DNA of 60,177 nucleotides from a virus (Duplodnaviria; Caudoviricetes): IMG/VR virus record IMGVR_UViG_3300046778_000044, positions 1 to 60,177 of that record; one strand, 5' to 3'. Shown piece by piece: positions 57,526 to 60,177 of this stretch (position 1 is its first letter; each line of letters starts with the position of its first letter). The notes under the pieces were generated by a model. It saw only the letters and a program-made list of their open reading frames with translations, ran no database searches and was not told where the DNA came from. The position numbers and the translations under genes were made by a program.

Positions 57526-57565
57526 AACGAAAGGCCCAATACCTTTAACTAAAAAGGTAATGGGC
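57526..57565 (-). terminator. Hairpin / probable terminator after nrdA
   Basis: GCCCA-U-UACCUUU / AAAGGUA-U-UGGGC, then CUUUCGUU. Confidence 0.6.
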
Positions 57566-57573
57566 ATTGGTTG

Positions 57574-59973
57574 TTAAATACTACAAGCACCGCCTGCACA
57601 TCCAGCTTCTCCGCTGTAGAAACGATCATCATCTTCATTTAATTCAACTTGTAAGTCGTTTATAGGAAGTAACGAAGGTTCATTAGTAGGATTAGCTGAC
57701 TGTGTAAACAGTTTATCCATATCGGCTTTTTTATCTGCATTGCTTTTCTGTGTTTTAGGTACTGTATAATAATGAGATTTCAAACCGTAGGCATACATTT
57801 CTGCATACTTTTGTAAGATGTCATCAATTTCGATAACATTTTGACCTGCTTCAAACGGTAACCAATAATCCGCTGATATTCCACCATCCAACCACATCTG
57901 CCATCCAGCATAGTATCGAGTAGTAGCTTTTGTAGTCATTGTAAATGCGAGTTGGTACTCGTATTCATCTTCTCCAGCTCCAACAGCACACCAGTCAATA
58001 GCTGTAGTACTGTCAGTTTTAGATAAGCCTAGATCTCGAACGGGATAGATCGAGTTAGCTGCGCCTAAGGCCTTGCTGGAACTTTCACCCGGCATAATTG
58101 CACCGAGGATACTATTCCGGATGCCTTTGTTGGCTGCTACACGAGATCTTAAATCTTCCCAATCCATCGAGGGTTCGAGACCTAGTTCTTTCGCTAATCG
58201 CTTGTTTTGAGTATCAATTGGCATCCACGCAGATACATACTCACCTTCAGAGTTGGTATAACCAGCCCATTTAGTTTTGTGTATCCAAGGTGCATTACCT
58301 TTTTCTTTACCCAATGTGAGCGATGATTCAATCAAGAAATACATGTGACGTTCAGCAAATTGACTTACTGACTTCAAACCTTCATCACTATCGAATCTCA
58401 AGTGTTTTCTAGCCATATATGTTGCAGTGTTCATAACTCCAACGGCAGCGTTCATGCGTTGTTTTGCAGTGTATCCGATGTGCGATAACTCATAATATCC
58501 ATAGTGGATACAGTAATCGATCATGCGAAGTAAAGCTAAACATGCACGTTTATGTAACTCTGGATTATCTGCAACCAAATCATGGTTAACAGCACCCAAA
58601 TTACACATGGAGACTTCCCCTTCCACTTGATCATCAGTACGCCATAAATCACTGATTTCCTTATAAGGTTTAACAGGATTTATGATTTCCATACATAAAT
58701 TTGATCCTGTAAGAGGATCTTTAAATGGAGTATGGTAATTAGCGTTGTCTACAAAGAAAGCAAAGTTACGTCCAGTAGAAACAGTAACACGACCTAAGTT
58801 AGCCATAGTATTACGAGGATTAATTAATCGGGACGCGTTAGCTTCATCCTTTACAGCATCTGTCATTAATGCTTCTAAGTCTGCAGGGTTGCCCGTATAC
58901 ATACTTTTAAACATTTCTGGATGACTGTACTCACTAAATGTGATTGCAGGTTCGCTTTTAACTGCTCTGCGAATAAAGTCTTTAGTTAAAACTAGTGAAA
59001 TGTCAATTCCGTTAAGAGCTTTACCCGGTGAAGCTGTTGGTTCACGACCAGCAAGAATGAAATCTATTTCTTTAGAGTAAGCAGGGACAAACGCATTAAT
59101 AGCACCCCCACGTTTTGATTGTCTATTCGCAGCAGCATTAGCCGCATTAGACTTCAGATAAAACATCTCACCTTGGTGTGAAATCTTACCTCCACGTACT
59201 GGATCACCTACTGCACGTACATTTTGATGGTAACCAAGACCCGCTGAGCTATATGTCATTACATAGGTAACTAAATTAGCAGCAGCTAAGCTCTTACGGT
59301 CATCTCCAGCTGTATATAAACAACAACTAGCAAGACCGTTATTTTTGGTACCTAAATGTGTGAAATTAGGAGTTGGAGCAGAAATTACTTTCGTACTTAA
59401 CAGCTCATACGTTTCTTTAATAATATCAATTCGTTGTGGAGCCGAATAGGAACACCCTACAGCAATAGCCATCCGCAGATAAGTAAACTGAGGTGTTTCA
59501 ACACGTTCACCAGTGACTACATTACCTAAAGCATAACTATCCATAATATAACGGAGAGCAAACTGAGGCATTGTAAAATCACGTTTATGGTCAATAGTTT
59601 GTTCAAGTACTTCCCATTCTTCATCAGATAGAGGAAATTCTACAACATAGCCTTCTTTTAACAAATTTGTAAAATGGTCTTTTACACGCGGTAGAGTTGC
59701 ACCAAATACACTTTTATGTATTAAAGAAGCTTCTAGTGTACCTGCCATCATTACTGTACTCCAACGCTTAAGAGCGATAAGTTCAGTAATTAAAGATCGT
59801 TGAATCTTTTCAGATGTAGTTTCTTGGCTAAGTGCTCGAACTGCACGTTGTACAGCCTCTATACCTTCGCCTACAGGAATGTTGTGTTGTTTAGTTGCCC
59901 ACATCCACCAGTTGTTGATTTTTTCAATTTGAAAAGGCTCAACTGACCCGTCACGCTTTAAAACTTTAATCAT
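57574..59973 (-). CDS. nrdA: Class I ribonucleotide reductase alpha subunit
   Basis: ATP-cone start VLKRDG..E.F...KI, PTP, ASCC, SNLCME, MP..SSS, HYY, C-terminal CAGGAC. Confidence 0.95.
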   Translation of the reverse strand: MIKVLKRDGSVEPFQIEKINNWWMWATKQHNIPVGEGIEAVQRAVRALSQETTSEKIQRSLITELIALKRWSTVMMAGTLEASLIHKSVFGATLPRVKDHFTNLLKEGYVVEFPLSDEEWEVLEQTIDHKRDFTMPQFALRYIMDSYALGNVVTGERVETPQFTYLRMAIAVGCSYSAPQRIDIIKETYELLSTKVISAPTPNFTHLGTKNNGLASCCLYTAGDDRKSLAAANLVTYVMTYSSAGLGYHQNVRAVGDPVRGGKISHQGEMFYLKSNAANAAANRQSKRGGAINAFVPAYSKEIDFILAGREPTASPGKALNGIDISLVLTKDFIRRAVKSEPAITFSEYSHPEMFKSMYTGNPADLEALMTDAVKDEANASRLINPRNTMANLGRVTVSTGRNFAFFVDNANYHTPFKDPLTGSNLCMEIINPVKPYKEISDLWRTDDQVEGEVSMCNLGAVNHDLVADNPELHKRACLALLRMIDYCIHYGYYELSHIGYTAKQRMNAAVGVMNTATYMARKHLRFDSDEGLKSVSQFAERHMYFLIESSLTLGKEKGNAPWIHKTKWAGYTNSEGEYVSAWMPIDTQNKRLAKELGLEPSMDWEDLRSRVAANKGIRNSILGAIMPGESSSKALGAANSIYPVRDLGLSKTDSTTAIDWCAVGAGEDEYEYQLAFTMTTKATTRYYAGWQMWLDGGISADYWLPFEAGQNVIEIDDILQKYAEMYAYGLKSHYYTVPKTQKSNADKKADMDKLFTQSANPTNEPSLLPINDLQVELNEDDDRFYSGEAGCAGGACSI

Positions 59974-60008
59974 CGCTGTATCCTATTGGCTGGCTAAAAA
60001 GGGCGGTG

Positions 60009-60036
60009 ATTATACACAAATTTAATTGTGCGTAAA
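60009..60036 (-). promoter_or_regulatory. Sigma70-like promoter for nrdA inside a long hairpin
   Basis: TTTACG-16 bp-TATAAT. Confidence 0.6.
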
Positions 60037-60081
60037 CACCACTCTTTAGCATACCAAAGAATTAGCATTGATCAAATAAGA

Positions 60082-60177
60082 TTACTTACGTTTAGCGACT
60101 AAACGTCCTTCAGCTAAAGCAACAGCACTTGTACGACAACCTTCTGCACGTGATAGATATTGATCTACTACGACACC
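60082..60177 (-). CDS. 3' end of a gene truncated by the window edge
   Basis: Open frame ...GVVVDQYLSRAEGCRTSAVALAEGRLVAKRK*. Confidence 0.5.
   Translation of the reverse strand, partial: GVVVDQYLSRAEGCRTSAVALAEGRLVAKRK

Noticed and set aside
60013-60031. NrdR box upstream of nrdA
   Set aside because: The CAC...GTG palindrome has 10 inner bases rather than the 8 of the NrdR consensus and is not in tandem
1-60177. Alternative genetic code or diversity-generating retroelement
   Set aside because: Long ORFs are intact in the standard code with TAA, TAG and TGA all used as stops; no reverse transcriptase or template/variable repeat pair was seen

Overview
This window is ~60 kb of an AT-rich, lytic N4-like (Schitoviridae-type) podophage infecting a Gram-negative host; no host DNA, integrase, tRNA or CRISPR array was recognised. 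The + strand (1-35773) carries the late/virion module in N4 gene order: terminase, tail fibre, holin, SAR-type GH108 endolysin, Rz/Rz1 spanins, portal, scaffold, major capsid, ejection proteins and virion RNA polymerase. The - strand (35736-60177) carries replication and nucleotide genes: PolA, SF1 helicase, SSB, Sak4-like ATPase, nuclease, helicase-primase, thyA, rIIA/rIIB, nrdA/nrdB and phoH. The early region and the N4 RNAP II genes are not in the window. Main observations: (1) the virion RNAP appears split into two translationally coupled genes whose only cysteines lie at the junction (...KRCK* / MQC...); (2) a ~50-aa module occurs twice in the RNAP, bracketing its catalytic motifs; (3) a clean H-type RNA pseudoknot with an anti-Shine-Dalgarno loop lies directly after rIIB; (4) sigma70-like promoters are repeatedly built into hairpins or terminators; (5) a siphovirus-like tail-tip/RBP plus lipoprotein cassette is inserted in the podovirus structural block. 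All calls come from reading motifs and synteny by eye; no database search or folding program was run.
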